Assembly (NCBI GenBank): GCA_964016885.1
Contig: OZ024743.1
Span: forward strand, 329,716,001 to 329,780,000
Source: Eledone cirrhosa
Taxonomy: Eukaryota
Direction of reading: 5' to 3'
Length of the DNA stretch: 64,000 nt
Shown one piece after another: positions 44,121-60,173 of the stretch. Position 1 is the first letter of the stretch. Each line of letters opens with the position of its first letter. The translations under genes and the position numbers were made by a program. The notes beneath the pieces are model-generated. The model had not been told where the DNA came from and searched no databases. It was given only the letters and a program-made list of their open reading frames with translations.

Positions 44121-44661
44121 AATAGTTTCCATTTGTAGTAATATATTGTATATTTACTCCAATAATTTGTTATAAAAATATTTTGCTTGTTGTATCCCAA
44201 CAAATTAAATATAACCTCTACATATATAAATATATATATATATACACACACACACATATATATATACATACACACACACACACATATACACACACACATA
44301 TACAAACACATACGCATACATATAAATATACAAGCACACCCCATACATATAAACACAGCACAGAAAAAATGAATGGAATAACAACAACACCCAAACAAAC
44401 TATACTGACATAAGAGAAGTATAAATAAATAAATAAATAAATACATACACAAGCACAATAACAACAAACACATATAAACACACACTAGTAAACTAAGATA
44501 GAATACAATAACCAATACACAGTCACCCAAACACGAACACACACCAAACACGATACACACACGCAAACGCATGCGCAGAGAAGACAAAAAAAAAAAAATA
44601 AATGAATAAACTGACTAAATAAAGATGGCGTAGGCATACAATACAACAGGAGGAAACATAA

Positions 44662-44708
44662 TAACACCACTGACGATGTTGCAGATGTGTAACGAAAGAA
44701 CTTTGTTA
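44662..44708 (+). ncRNA. Degenerate hammerhead candidate
   Basis: CTGACGA 44670-44676, stem II gttgca/tgtaac, GAAA 44694-44697; stems I and III imperfect. Confidence 0.35.
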
Positions 44709-44967
44709 GACTATATATATGTGTTTGTGTCTATATTGTATCTGTATTTTTGTCCGTTGGTCAATCAATGGTAACATTGAGGACTGAATAAATTAAATTA
44801 ACCGATATAAAAGACACAGCAGCGAAAACCAACCAAACAATGAGTGTGTTCTGTTATTAATTCTGGCAATATTATTACACAAATATGACCCTCCCCAAGT
44901 ATAGCAATATTTGTTTCGACACACGATTTCATATCAAAAACCTCGCAAAACTAATTATATATATATA

Positions 44968-45269
<302 letters not shown>

Positions 45270-45347
45270 TATTTATATATATATATATATTATTATATAT
45301 GTATATATGATTATTTACTAGAATTCTCTAAGAATAAAACATCCATG

Positions 45348-45442
45348 ATTTTCAGCAAACAGGAGGAGTAGTTAGCCTTGATAAGCATCAACAAATGCGA
45401 AACAGAGCACTGTCGGCTTTATCTCCCCTGTTTGCTGAAAAT
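45348..45442 (+). ncRNA. Type I hammerhead ribozyme with U3:A8 core variant and long stem I
   Basis: agcc-TTGATAA(45378-84)-gcat/atgc-GAAA(45399-402)-cag/ctg-TC-ggct; distal stem attttcagcaaacagg/cctgtttgctgaaaat. Confidence 0.8.
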
Positions 45443-45543
45443 TAAAGTAAGTGAGACTATCACTACTCTAAAACAATAGCATAAGGTCTTCGAAATGCTT
45501 TTAATTAAGCATACAGTGCATTGCAAAATACACTATACATACA

Positions 45544-46764
<1,221 letters not shown>

Positions 46765-46955
46765 TTTAGGTTTGTTGGTTCACCACTGGATAGAACTGGT
46801 CATTCCGTATGGTCAACCTCGATGTAATATTAGGGAGAGCACTCGACGTAATGCAACACACACGTCTTCGTTTGTGTAGCTGGTGGTGCGAGTACGGAGT
46901 TAATCATTATAAAATAACAGGAGGCTGGACTGGTGTAATTCCTTAAACGTTTATT

Positions 46956-47012
46956 ATACTATGAACATTTCAATGACAGCTTCAGTATGAAACCGGTGAC
47001 ATCATCGGGTAT
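46956..47012 (-). ncRNA. Hammerhead candidate, U4C core
   Basis: Minus strand: atac-CCGATGA-tgtcaccggtttca/tgaagctgtcatt-GAAA-tgttca-TA-gtat. Confidence 0.5.
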
Positions 47013-47166
47013 TCGAAATTTAACAAAAGAATATAATATACACAATCCATGGGGCTGAAAAGGCAGAGAGACAAGAAGACGGCCAAACATTTAGCAGTTT
47101 CTAGTCTGGTCCGCCGTAGAAATTAAAGAATGCATTTAAGTGGTTAAGCTTGGTTTTTCTTCATAT

Positions 47167-47221
<55 letters not shown>

Positions 47222-47223
<2 letters not shown>

Positions 47224-49430
47224 CTTTAATAACTTTGATAACTTTGATAGGTTTCGGCCAGTATTGCCCCAGGCCATGTCTAACTTAATAGCACCAACTG
47301 GCAAAATCTTACAAATCAGAGTTTAGGCACCATGGCCCACTCGAGCAGAAAGTTATTGTTTACGGTGGCATATCCGGGTGTAGGAGGCTTATCCGGGATT
47401 TCTTATAGGAATTTGTCGAAAGACTTCTTGAACTTAATGGGGTCTGTTTCTGTTTTGATGTGTTTTGGTGTAATGTTAAAGAGAGCAGGTCCAATTGAAG
47501 TGAAATAATTGTGCCGTATTGTTGTTATGAGATGCGAGTGAGATTTTTGTCGTGGACGGATAGCACGGGGCCCAAGCCTTGGGTGTACATTAAAGGTGAT
47601 GCCAACATCATTTGGGCAAAACTGATGAAATATTTTCTACATCATGCAGATAATGTAGCATTCGCGGTGACGTTGGAGAGAATAAACGTTGAGCTTTGTA
47701 ATCGACTCCAATAGTCAAGGCCTCTCATGCCATCTATCTTTTTTGTAATCGATATTTGGAGTGCTTCAACTTTCATGATACTTTGTTTCATGTGTGGATA
47801 CCACAGTGGACAACAGTATTCAAGGTGGGGTCGGGCGAAAGTGGAGAAGAGAAGGATAACAATGTGGATATCTCTCTTCTGGAAAGTTCTGAGAATCCAG
47901 GAACACATTCTGCGGGCCACGTCAACTTTGCTGTTTATATGAGTGACCCAGCTTATGTTGTTGTCCACAATTACTCCAAGGTCTCTGATGTTGTTGGATG
48001 CCACTAGAGTTTCACCCGAAAGAAGAGAGTATGGTAGTTTCAGGGCATCCTTTTTCCAAAGTGGATTAATTCAAACTTATCCTCATTCAACAGCATATTA
48101 TTCTTTTCTGCCCATTGGATAACAGCCAGTAGGTCTGACTGAAGGCAAGTCCGGTCACCCACCTCATTGATGACCCTTTGGAGCTTAGAATCATCTGCGA
48201 AGATTCTTATGCTGCTGTGCTTGATGATGTCAGTAATGTCATTAATGTAGATGATGAAAAGAAGTGGGCCCAACACAGTGCCTTGTGGGACGCCACTGCT
48301 GACTTTGGCAGGGCTTGATTTTACTTCTTCGACTACAAAATGTTGGGTTATGTCTGTCAGGAAACATTTGATCCACTGTAGTAACTTTCCAGAGACACCA
48401 ATATTGGATAGTTTCTTCAGTAGAATCTTATGATCAACCCTGTCGAAGGCCTTGCTGAAATCAAGGTAGATGACATCAGTGTTGGAGGCTCTACCAAGGC
48501 TCTCAAAACATCGTCAAAGTGATGGAGGAGCTGCGTTAGGCAGTCCATTCCATTACGGAACCCATGTTTGTTGGATTTCAGCAGGCCGTTGCTTTCAAGA
48601 AAGTAGGTTATTCGTGATCTCACTACCCTCTCAAATACCTTGATAATATGAGAGGTGAGTGAGATCGGACGGTAGTTCAATAAGGGACTTATTTCACTTT
48701 TTGAAAACTGGGACAACGGACTGGGACAGAAAGTTTTCCGGAATATAGCCAGTATCCACTGAGTTCCTCCACAGATTAGCAAGAGGAAATGCAAGTTGGT
48801 GTCGACACACCTTAAGGACACAAGCAGGGAACCCGTCGGGGCCTACTGCTGAATTGTGTTTAATTTCGTTTATTGCCGCATCAGGGGCGCCAAACGTTAT
48901 GTCTGCTATAGTGTGTTGCGGGTTAATATCACTGATACAGCCCAGATCGGCCATATCAGGGTTGCTGAAAACAGAGCAGTATTGTTTCTTCAGTATCTCG
49001 CCCATGGTTTTGGCATTATCTTGGAGTGTGCCATTTTCATCAACTAGAGGGCCAACAGTGGAGACAGAGACCATGTGTTTTTTTAGCAAATGAAAAGAAC
49101 ACTTTGGTATTGAATTTGATTTTCTCAATGGCCCACCTCTCTTCAGCTGTTCTCTGGTTATTGATGATGGTCTTCATGCATGCATTGTTGGAGGTTATAT
49201 TTTTTTTTATTCAAGCAGGATGAAAGCCGTCGAATGTGTGTGTTGCTGTTGGCAGTATTTTAGCGTGTTAATTCTTTTGTTTGTTCTTTTTATTTTTCTG
49301 ATAATCGTTTTTCTGTTTTGTTCGATACTGCACTTGGTTTTGTTCACAGGTTTTGGTGGGGTGTGTTTTGTACATATAATTGTGACAGTATCTACGAAGA
49401 TCTGACAAGATGTTTTGATGTTGGTGGAAA
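47222..49430 (-). mobile_element. CR1/L2-like LINE, 5'-truncated and frameshifted, with 9-bp tandem tail
   Basis: AVGPDGFPA, NYRPISLTSHIIKVFER, GVPQGTVLGPLLFIIYIND, FADDSKL, RDLGVIVD, RPHLEYC; tail (atcaaagtt)n at 47222-47248. Confidence 0.88.
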
Positions 49431-49550
49431 TGTGTGCGTGTCAACATCTGATAGTTCGTTCATAATTGCATCCCAGTTGGCATTGTAGAGATCCATGTTA
49501 TCAAATGGGTGGGCTGGAAAGTAACAATGGTAGAAAAAAAATGGATATGT

Positions 49551-49631
<81 letters not shown>

Positions 49632-49732
49632 ACATGAAGAAAAACCAAGCATAACTACTTAAATGAATTCTTTAATTTCGACGTACGTTTCAATATAAGT
49701 GACAACAGTAATACTGGAATACTCCATTATGA

Positions 49733-49802
<70 letters not shown>

Positions 49803-49927
49803 GCACACACATACACACCCACACCCACATACACACGCGCGCGCACACACACACACTCACACACACACACACACACGCACGCACGCACACACACGCACAC
49901 ACACGCATACACACACACACACACGCG

Positions 49928-49984
<57 letters not shown>

Positions 49985-49985
49985 A

Positions 49986-50033
49986 TCTAGCTGTCGAAAC
50001 GGCCCGAGCTCAGCGTCGGGTCCTGACTCCTAT

Positions 50034-50071
<38 letters not shown>

Positions 50072-50268
50072 ACAAAGGAATTGTGGTAAGGAATCAGATG
50101 GACGATAACGCACCAGAGTACTCAATACTTGGGGTAGTAGAGTGGGAAATAGGAAAAAGTATGACCCCGACGGCAGAGCTCAAGCCGTTTCGACGGCTAT
50201 TTCCGGACTCTATGTCCAGAAATAGCCGTCGAAACGCCTTGAGCTCTGCCGTCGGGGTCATACTTTTT

Positions 50269-50272
<4 letters not shown>
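49986..50272. mobile_element. Family B cassettes (short arm 49986-50035; fold-back copy 50070-50272)
   Basis: Variants of gaaacggcttgagctcagccgtcggggtc; hairpin centre ctatttccggac-tctat-gtccagaaatag. Confidence 0.72.
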
Positions 50273-50341
<69 letters not shown>

Positions 50342-50352
<11 letters not shown>

Positions 50353-50860
50353 TAAAGAAAGAAGAAACATTAGATATAATTAATAAGATATACCATACCC
50401 AAATTCCTTATTACTCCTCGACTACGTAGTTTCGTGGTATATTATGCAAAAACACTACATCACAGAGATACAGTATTTTTGTGAGGTTTGCCGACTTATC
50501 AAGAGGATACCTCAGTTAGAGTTTCAAAACACATCCGTACGACGCGAGATAGAATCCTGAAAGGCGGAGGGGGAGTCAATCACGTGATACAGCGGTAAAA
50601 AAACAGAGCTAAGCTTCTTACAACCAAGAAAAAATACCACTATGCGGCGGGGGTACTTATATCAAAGCCGTAGAAGAGATGGCTAGGATGGCGAGAAGTA
50701 TGAGTAATTGATAGCTTTCCAGCAGTCTGTATCTCTGTGATGTAGTGTTTTTGCATACTATGCCACGAAACTACGTAGTCGAGGACTAACAGGGAATTTG
50801 GGTACAATATATCTTATTAATTATATCTAATGTTTCTTCTTTCTTTATAATGTATTATAT
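50342..50860 (-). mobile_element. Hammerhead cassette family D with ~130-bp inverted arms
   Basis: 50342-50473 is approximately the reverse complement of 50727-50860. Confidence 0.7.
50415..50507 (-). ncRNA. Type I hammerhead ribozyme with U3:A8 core variant
   Basis: Minus strand: tcctc-TTGATAA-gtcggca...ccac-GAAA-ctacgtag-TC-gagga; palindromic stem III. Confidence 0.65.
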
Positions 50861-51343
50861 AGCTCTGATACTTAAGGAATCGAACTCCACCTCTCGGATG
50901 TCGGTTGAGTGCATTAACCACTAAGGAGCCGCTAGCCACTAATTCCATCTATTTAGAAAATTCTAAGATTACAGCAAGAACTGTAAGCAACGGTTCATTT
51001 AAGAAATCTTTGAAAAATTTGAAATTTGGTCGCACACACTTTAAATTTTTACAAAAGCCTTGTTTTATGGGAAATATAATTGTGAAATCCGAAGATTAGG
51101 AAGTGGAACTCTTTATGAGGAAGATGATTTTCATCATCTTTGCATAACAAAAGTATAGTTTTTTTAAAAATAATTATTTAAAGATTGTTAAAAAATCAAT
51201 TTTACATCTGAGATTTTGTTAAATATATAACGAGTTCGCATTTACGGTCATATTTTAACATTAGCTGTATGTTGATAATATATTGACCAGGAATAGAGAT
51301 GGGGTGATTTGGTGCTTTATTTCATACAATAATTCTTCAGGGC

Positions 51344-51510
51344 TTGTCCTACCGCTTCCTCTTCACACCAGTCGCCGTCAAGACCCCACGCATCTTCGGA
51401 TCCCGTACTGCCACGCTCCTCCGAAAAATCGGATCGTCAGCAGCCCGTCTGAGGAGGGTTTCCTGCGAGCTGGGGGTGGTAATTGTACACGGACATGCAT
51501 TTGCAGTTTT
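51344..51510 (+). mobile_element. CRE-like RLE fragment (decayed)
   Basis: YRFLFTPVAVKTPRIFGSRTATLLRKIG. Confidence 0.5.
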
Positions 51511-52115
51511 GTCCGCGGGGAGCAGCACAAACACCACCTCACCCCACCCCAGGCATGGAGTCTATCACTCTCTATCCTCCCCCCTCCCTTTCTACCGTGG
51601 CCTCAGCCCTTGCTTTTTCTCTCCTTTTCCTCTCATTTATGACATTTATAGCCCTTTCTCCTACTTTCCTATACAGCCATATCTGCCCTTCTTTACCCTT
51701 TCTTCCCTCATTTCGTTGCTTGGTTTGGTTTTTATCCCACTTTTTTTCCATCCATATTTGCAATGTTATTTATACAACTGTGAATTGATTTATTGTCTAT
51801 AATTCTATTAAATTATAAAATGCTACAAAATAAAAGGTATATCGTACACATACAATACCGATATTCAGCGACTAATAATACGGCTCCTTTTTTTTGTAAT
51901 CCGAATATAATTGTGAGTGGAGAATTGTGCAAACAGTAATCACAAATGCAGTTCCACTTTAGTGCACGAAACTGAACTGATTTAAAGTGGTTGACGAGGT
52001 AACGATGCATTTGTCCGTGTTTTGTAACTGTGTGCATTTTCTGCTGCAATTATATATATATATATATATATATAAAGTGTTAAAACGATAAAATTTTAGT
52101 TTAGAACATTTATTA

Positions 52116-52160
52116 GCTGACAATTGTTTCTTCCAGAGGGAAGTCTGAAATCATCGGAGC
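52116..52160 (-). ncRNA. Compact hammerhead, U4C core (family E)
   Basis: Minus strand: gct-CCGATGA-tttcaga/tctggaa-GAAA-caattg-TC-agc followed by taataaatg. Confidence 0.7.
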
Positions 52161-52440
52161 ATAAGGAATGTCGAAAACGTGTAACTAGAATCCTAGTTAT
52201 TTAGAACATTTAGGGTACATAATTGTTATTAGTGTCAAAGGCATTATGTGGAGAGTCAGGAGTTAGAAAGATGTTCCGCTTGAAATAACACAGGGAAGAT
52301 TAATCATATTATAAGGTATCTATTTTTGAAGTTCTGGTCAACTTTATTTAGTTACCTACCTAGCTATGTGTGGTTACACACTTGTAAAAATTATCTCCTG
52401 TGATTATTCATGTTTATTTATATGTTAATCAATTTCTAGT

Positions 52441-52490
<50 letters not shown>

Positions 52491-52569
52491 AAATAAAGAT
52501 CCGAAGGCATGGTATAAATTTCCAATCATTTTAATCACGACACATGTTTCAATAAGAGATAGATCGATC

Positions 52570-52850
52570 GTATACACAATAAAATTATACATGTATACAC
52601 AATAAAAATATACATGTATGCACAATAAAAATATACATGTATGCACAATAAAAATATACATGTATACACAATAAAATATACATGTATACACAATAAATAT
52701 ATACATGTATGCACAATAAAAATATACATGTATACACAATAAAAAATATACATGTATATACAATAAAATATACATGTATACACAATAAAAATATACATGT
52801 ATATACAATAAAATATACATATATACACAATAAAAATATACATGTATACT
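52570..52850. repeat. ~23-bp minisatellite (tatacacaataaaaatatacatg), ~12 copies
   Basis: Direct inspection. Confidence 0.9.
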
Positions 52851-53229
52851 CAAGTGATGTATATGTATAGATGTACGTCTATTATTGTATTCCCCAAAAC
52901 ATTTATTTTCAAATAAGGCTGCGTCTTATACCCCGGAAAAAAAATCACGTAACTAACTTTTTCAATGATAAGCTGGTGTTCGGAGCACAACGCTACCAAT
53001 AACATTTCGCCGGAGATAGATTAGCAACATTTAATAAGCGGGGGGTGTAGAATAAGAGTGAGGCTGAGTAGAAAAAATTTGAAAAATTAATAAGCGGTGG
53101 GGTGTGTGATTATTTGAGGTTTTAATAGGCATTAAATTATGATGGGAGGCTTTTAAAATAAACAGTTTTGCATCGTAGAACGAAAGGTGGTTTCAGGTCG
53201 TTTGACATCAAAAGGATAAAAGGAATGAG

Positions 53230-53272
<43 letters not shown>

Positions 53273-53726
53273 AAATTATAAAAACGAAAAAAACGAAACA
53301 TTGAAAATGCCATTGGATAAGTCTGCGTATAAGAAAGATTTATACAGAAATCAGGTAATATTGTTTTATAGTTTCGTTTTGAATCTAGCTTCTTACAAAG
53401 GTTTTAATTTACTTTTAACAGAGAGAAAGAAAAAAAATTTAATGTGTGTGCGTGTGTGTGTAATAAGGATAAGAGGAAAGCAGGAGATGGATGTAATACA
53501 TATATAATACGCGTGCACACACACATACACACGCGTGTATGTGTGTATACAAATACGTCATATATATAAATAAATAAATAAATAAATAAATATATATATA
53601 TACATATATATATGTATGTATATAATACGCGCGCGCTCAATCATATGTGTGTACATATACAAACACATAACGCGCGCTCACAAACGTATATGTGTGTATA
53701 TATACATGCACGCTTTATATATATAC

Positions 53727-53785
<59 letters not shown>

Positions 53786-53798
53786 TATATTATATATT

Positions 53799-53878
<80 letters not shown>

Positions 53879-53896
53879 ATATATATATACATACAT

Positions 53897-53951
<55 letters not shown>

Positions 53952-53988
53952 CATATTTATATATATATATATATGTATATATATATAC

Positions 53989-54021
<33 letters not shown>

Positions 54022-54029
54022 AATATATG

Positions 54030-54108
<79 letters not shown>

Positions 54109-54453
54109 ATAAATATATGTATATATATATATATATATATGAATATATATATATTATATATACACATACTTGTACACAGACAACCACACAAGTTAAGTTG
54201 TCAGTAATGTTTTTTTTCTCCAAACTTTTACTTAAGTGAAATCTCAACTATTGTTACTTATATTTACATTAAGTCAGAGCAGAAATATCTTTAAATAGAC
54301 TTGGCCATGTTTCAAACAACAGCACTGAATGTTACTACAACATTCTTCATTTTTATGCCATTCTCTGCCTCCTTACTCCTTATTTTTACAGTCATAATGC
54401 ACTCTAATCTACTTCCATCTAATACTCATCTGGACAAAAGAAGACAGATGCAT

Positions 54454-54577
<124 letters not shown>

Positions 54578-54636
54578 GTATATATATATATATATTTATA
54601 TATGTATATATATATATATGTATATATATATGTATA

Positions 54637-54716
<80 letters not shown>

Positions 54717-54742
54717 CATATATATATATGTATGTATGTATG

Positions 54743-54805
<63 letters not shown>

Positions 54806-54810
54806 GTATG

Positions 54811-54860
<50 letters not shown>

Positions 54861-54879
54861 TGTATGTATGTATATATAT

Positions 54880-55049
<170 letters not shown>

Positions 55050-55389
55050 TTAGAGAGATTCATTGAAACATGCATCCATCCATACATACTTATCAACATA
55101 CACGCACACATATGTATGCATGTATTGCAAGTGAAAAATATATTACAAAATAAGTAAAAAACACCCATACATCAATAATGGAAGACAAGCTACTTGGCTC
55201 ACGACATTCACATAATTCATTTATCCCTGTCATATCCCCTATCCCCGGCCCCCATGTCACACACTACTGAGACAGACCAAATCCCATTCACAAGATATTG
55301 GTCATTTGAAGGTTATGAAAGAAGCTGGGCAATTTGGTCGGAAGTGGAACCACGTGTTTGTATGTGAAGCAGGCATTAACTACACAACA

Positions 55390-55565
55390 ATGGCAGTATC
55401 GGTAGAGGGTCGGACGCCATGCTTTCTAGCATAGTTACGTCCCTTTGCGGTTTGAGTTTAAATCCCGTCGAAGTTAACTTTGCCTTTCATCCTTACGGAG
55501 TCGATAAAATAAAGTACCAGTAATGTACTGGTGGATTGCTGGCCTTGTGCCTAAAGTAGAAACAA
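55390..55565 (+). mobile_element. SINE family 2
   Basis: tggcagtatcggtagagggtcggacgcc...gtcgataaaataaagtacc; further diverged copy at ~58170-58380. Confidence 0.72.
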
Positions 55566-55584
55566 TTATTTTATCGAATATTAC

Positions 55585-56085
55585 TTCGATCTGCGAGCCA
55601 CACAATATCGCTGTGGATCCACTGTGGACTCTTTCAGCCTCCATCCGCTTTCCTGTCGCCACAGTGCCGGGCGCCTTCCACGCCATGCTGCCCTGAACGA
55701 GGTCATAAGCATGATCATCTTCCCGTTCCGCGGTGGCAAATCCCTCGTCTGGGATGCCACTTGCACCGAGACTTTCTCCAGCCGCATCCTGGTGCAGTCT
55801 GCGACTAACCCAGGTTCTGCTGCACGTCGGGTTGAGGAAGCCAAACTCTTCAAATACCGGTCGCTCTCCGACAGGTTTGTAGTTGTACCCTTGGCAGTGG
55901 AGACTTCTGGTGTCCTCGGCCCTACGGCTACCTGCCTACTCACCACCATAGGCGCTGAGCTGGCCAGCCGCAGGTGTGAGCCTCCCGAGCAGGAATGGCT
56001 TTTCCAGCGCGTCTCCCTTGCCGTCCTCCGGGGAAACGCCTTCTCCGTTCTGTCCGTCGGGGCTGTGGGGAGGCCACCAATATGA
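55585..56085 (+). mobile_element. CRE-like non-LTR RLE domain fragment with internal deletion
   Basis: HPLSC..RHAALNEVI...SLVWDATC...KYRSLSDRFVVVPLAVETSG...QRVSLAVLRGNA; the EP..RPDG segment is missing. Confidence 0.8.
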
Positions 56086-56779
56086 TTGACTGACTTGTCA
56101 TTTCATCAGTCAGATGTTCTAATGATTCTCTCTATATATATACGTTAATAGTTTTTGTATATTTTATCGACTCGGAAAGATAAAAGACAGATAAGCTGGG
56201 ATAGGAACGAAAGATGTCGTAACTAAATACCGCAAGAATGTTGTCCGAAAACCTTAGATACTCTGTTACCTCACCGGGCCGTCGTGACCATTAAGCTCAA
56301 CTGGATAGCTGTCTGGAGTGTAGATCTTATAGAGGCATATTAAAGAACCCTAAAAGGGCCACACATTTATATACATGTGTATCTGCAATGTTAGTTTCGA
56401 CGACACTGGCTGGTAACAAGCGAAACTCCCTGTGAAGTTCAGTGCCCTTGGCACTAGAGCAACATATGACTTGGCATTACCGGCCTACTTATCTCCTATC
56501 CTCTCCAGCCGCAACCCTCGTGAGTGAGGTTCTCAGGAAGATGTTAGAACAAGATGTGAACCTGGTACATGAGTCAGCTCTGGCCATTTGGGTCGACTAT
56601 AACCTCGCCATCCTCATTAGGCAGGTTTTCAACGTAACTGGGACGAGACGACAAGAGCAGGTCAACCTTCATACAGAGAAGGTCTTCTTGTCTCACCTGC
56701 CTCTGTTCTGCTTCGTAGCAAAACGGCGGTACGTGGCTCAATTCGGTGCCTTTCTCTTCAACAGGTATTAATGATGACG

Positions 56780-57200
56780 AGTGTATCAGAGTGGCCCAAC
56801 GACTCAGCCCCTATTGTGTGAGCCGCTGTTGCGCAGCCATGGCTGACGAGTTCGGATTACATTCGTTTTCTTTCCACCATAGCACAGATGGGTTCCCTCG
56901 GCATGTCGTCATGAAGGACGTCATCAGAAAGATTCTTGATGCAGCTAGTTTTTCGATACAGCTGGAGCCTGTCAGCCTCAACTGTGGTGGAGTAAGTGCT
57001 CTATCGTGATAACCCATTTCTCGTTCAAGAAAGGTGAATCTGTAATTTGGGTTGCCACGTGCTGTGACACGCTCTCCACTACAAACCCAGGCACACCACC
57101 ATCTGTAATGCGAAAGAGAGGAAGATAGCCGGGACCTAACCGACTGCTTCCTTTTTGCGTCGGTCGCCGTCGAGACTTCGTGTGTCTTCAGTCCCCGAAG
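56780..57200 (+). mobile_element. CRE-like RLE fragment (highly decayed)
   Basis: GLHSFS..PRHVVMKDVIRKILDAA..LEP; later gtcgccgtcgagact (VAVET). Confidence 0.55.
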
Positions 57201-59297
57201 TGGACTCGGACTGTATTATATATGTAGCCGAATTTATATATGTAGCCGAAGTTCCATCTCCAATTTTATTTGGATTACATATATTACGCTAGGCTCCTGT
57301 ACAGTGTGAGTTCAAATCCAATCAGTTTCCATTTGAATTTCATGAGAAATTAAGTAGTAGTTATATATTGATATGAGGGTGCTTATCCTAGTGGTTAAAG
57401 TATTTTGGTTGGAGTCTCAGGACCGAATCATGTGTTGAGAACTTAAGCAAAGCACTTTATTTCACATTGCTCCAATTCCCGCTAATGAAAATGAAAACTA
57501 GCTATAGCTGGGGGTTAGCCTTGTCAAGGACTGGCATCTAATCCAAGGAGCAAGGGAAGTGTCTCCTACTAACAGCCAAATAACACCCATGAAACCGGGA
57601 TAAACTATCTTTCATCCAAATTAACAAGCATGGAAAAATGGACGTAAAACGATAACTAGCATTCTTAACTGATTTCTATTTAAGCGACAGCCCCTCCCAC
57701 AAAATATATGGCCTTGCGTTAATGGACGACACCAGCAGTTTGTATCCTGAAAAGGTTTTAGAATTTGCATTAGTTATATACATTAATCTGTTCCATAAAT
57801 TCCATTTGACGAGAATTTTCCGGAAATTCTTAGTTCGGTTCTCCGTGATGTATTGAATGATTTCTTCATTTAGTTTGAAGCCATTAAATTATGGAAGCAA
57901 ATGAGAGGATGTGTAGTGGTATTATTTATGATGAAATCACTAAATCATGAAAGGACCTATGCTAGCTATTTTCTCAAATAAATTACCATAGTGACTATTC
58001 TTCCATCCAAGCACGAAGACTTACTTTTCAAAACATGGAGTCTTGAAAGTGTTGACGTTCAAGCTTTTCTCAAACAGAATTCCATCAACCTAGATTTCAT
58101 CCATCTGGGGTTATTTCTTGCTTTATGGTACTACATAATTTTACAGTTGCCATTGTTGTTCTACTAGTGAGGGCGGTGGGCTGGTAGAATCGTTAAAACG
58201 TCGGGCAAAGGCGTAGCAACATTTTCCAGCTCTTTACTTTCTGAGTTCAAATCCCTTCGAAGACAAATCTGCCTTTTATCCTTTCTGGGTCGATAAAATA
58301 AAGTATGAATAAATTACTAAGGTCTGTTTAATCGGCTTTCCCCTCCTTGCAAATTGCTGGCCTTGTGCCTAAAGCAGAAAGTATTATCACTGTGCTAGTG
58401 AACCCATGCCGTAAATAATATCGGTAATAGAATTAGCATGTCATGTATACCAGGATTACTGGCTACCAGCAGAAAACCAGCCGAAGGGTAGTTTTCTGCT
58501 AGCATGTGTAGTGTGCATATTGATATTATACGCAAATATATATGCATATAGATATGATACGTCAAATAAAATCGTAATCCATGATACATTAAAAAATACG
58601 ATATTATATATAAACTGCATACATAATAAACTAAAATGTTTTGAAAACGAAAAAGTAGAAAATTAGCGACCTAAATATAAACCTTATATAACGATGCAAA
58701 TATAACAACATTGTAATGTGTTATGATATAACGGACGCTAACCGGATGTGTTGACATTTGAAAATTTTAAAGAAGTGAATGTTAAAATAATCAATACTTT
58801 ATATATGAGAATATTTATGTTTAATCAAGAGCTACAAAATTTAGTAGATAAATTACATAATATTCATTCATTATTTATTCAAAGTAATCCAACTTATTTT
58901 ATTAACGGGATAAAAGCATATAAAACAGACGCTGTCCCACACTCCTCCCTGTATTATATTGTAGATATGTACAATTTTACAAACCGCGTAATTCTCAATT
59001 CAGACCTATTAATTGCAAGTACAATCCAGAGAGAAATACAGAGTAAGCAGTGTCTATCTGGTTGGCTGGATACGCACGTGTGTTCTTCCCATCATTTTGT
59101 TCTCCCTTTCCCGTTTCTTCCTCTTCTCACTCTTTATCTTTCTATTTCATCTTTTATTTCTAAAGATATTCTAATGAACGACTAGTATCCGATACGTGCG
59201 GACTCTTTTCCTGCTATATCAAGCATTAAACTAATATATTTCTTCAATGTAATGTGTCGTTTGCTCTGGTATTTCTGTTTACCTTTTACACACACAC

Positions 59298-59376
<79 letters not shown>

Positions 59377-59523
59377 ATATGTCTTTTCTCTCCTCTCTCT
59401 CTTGTTTCTCTCTCTTGTTTCTCTCTCTCTTGTTTCTCCCCCCCCCCCCTCTCTCTCTCTCTCGTTTCATTTCTTTATATATATATATATGTGTATATAT
59501 ATATATATCTATATATATATATA

Positions 59524-60137
<614 letters not shown>

Positions 60138-60173
60138 TTATATTGGTAAACATCATATATATATATATATATA

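Noticed and set aside
50870-50940. tRNA gene on the minus strand
   Set aside because: A/B boxes are present but there is no cloverleaf; likely a SINE head
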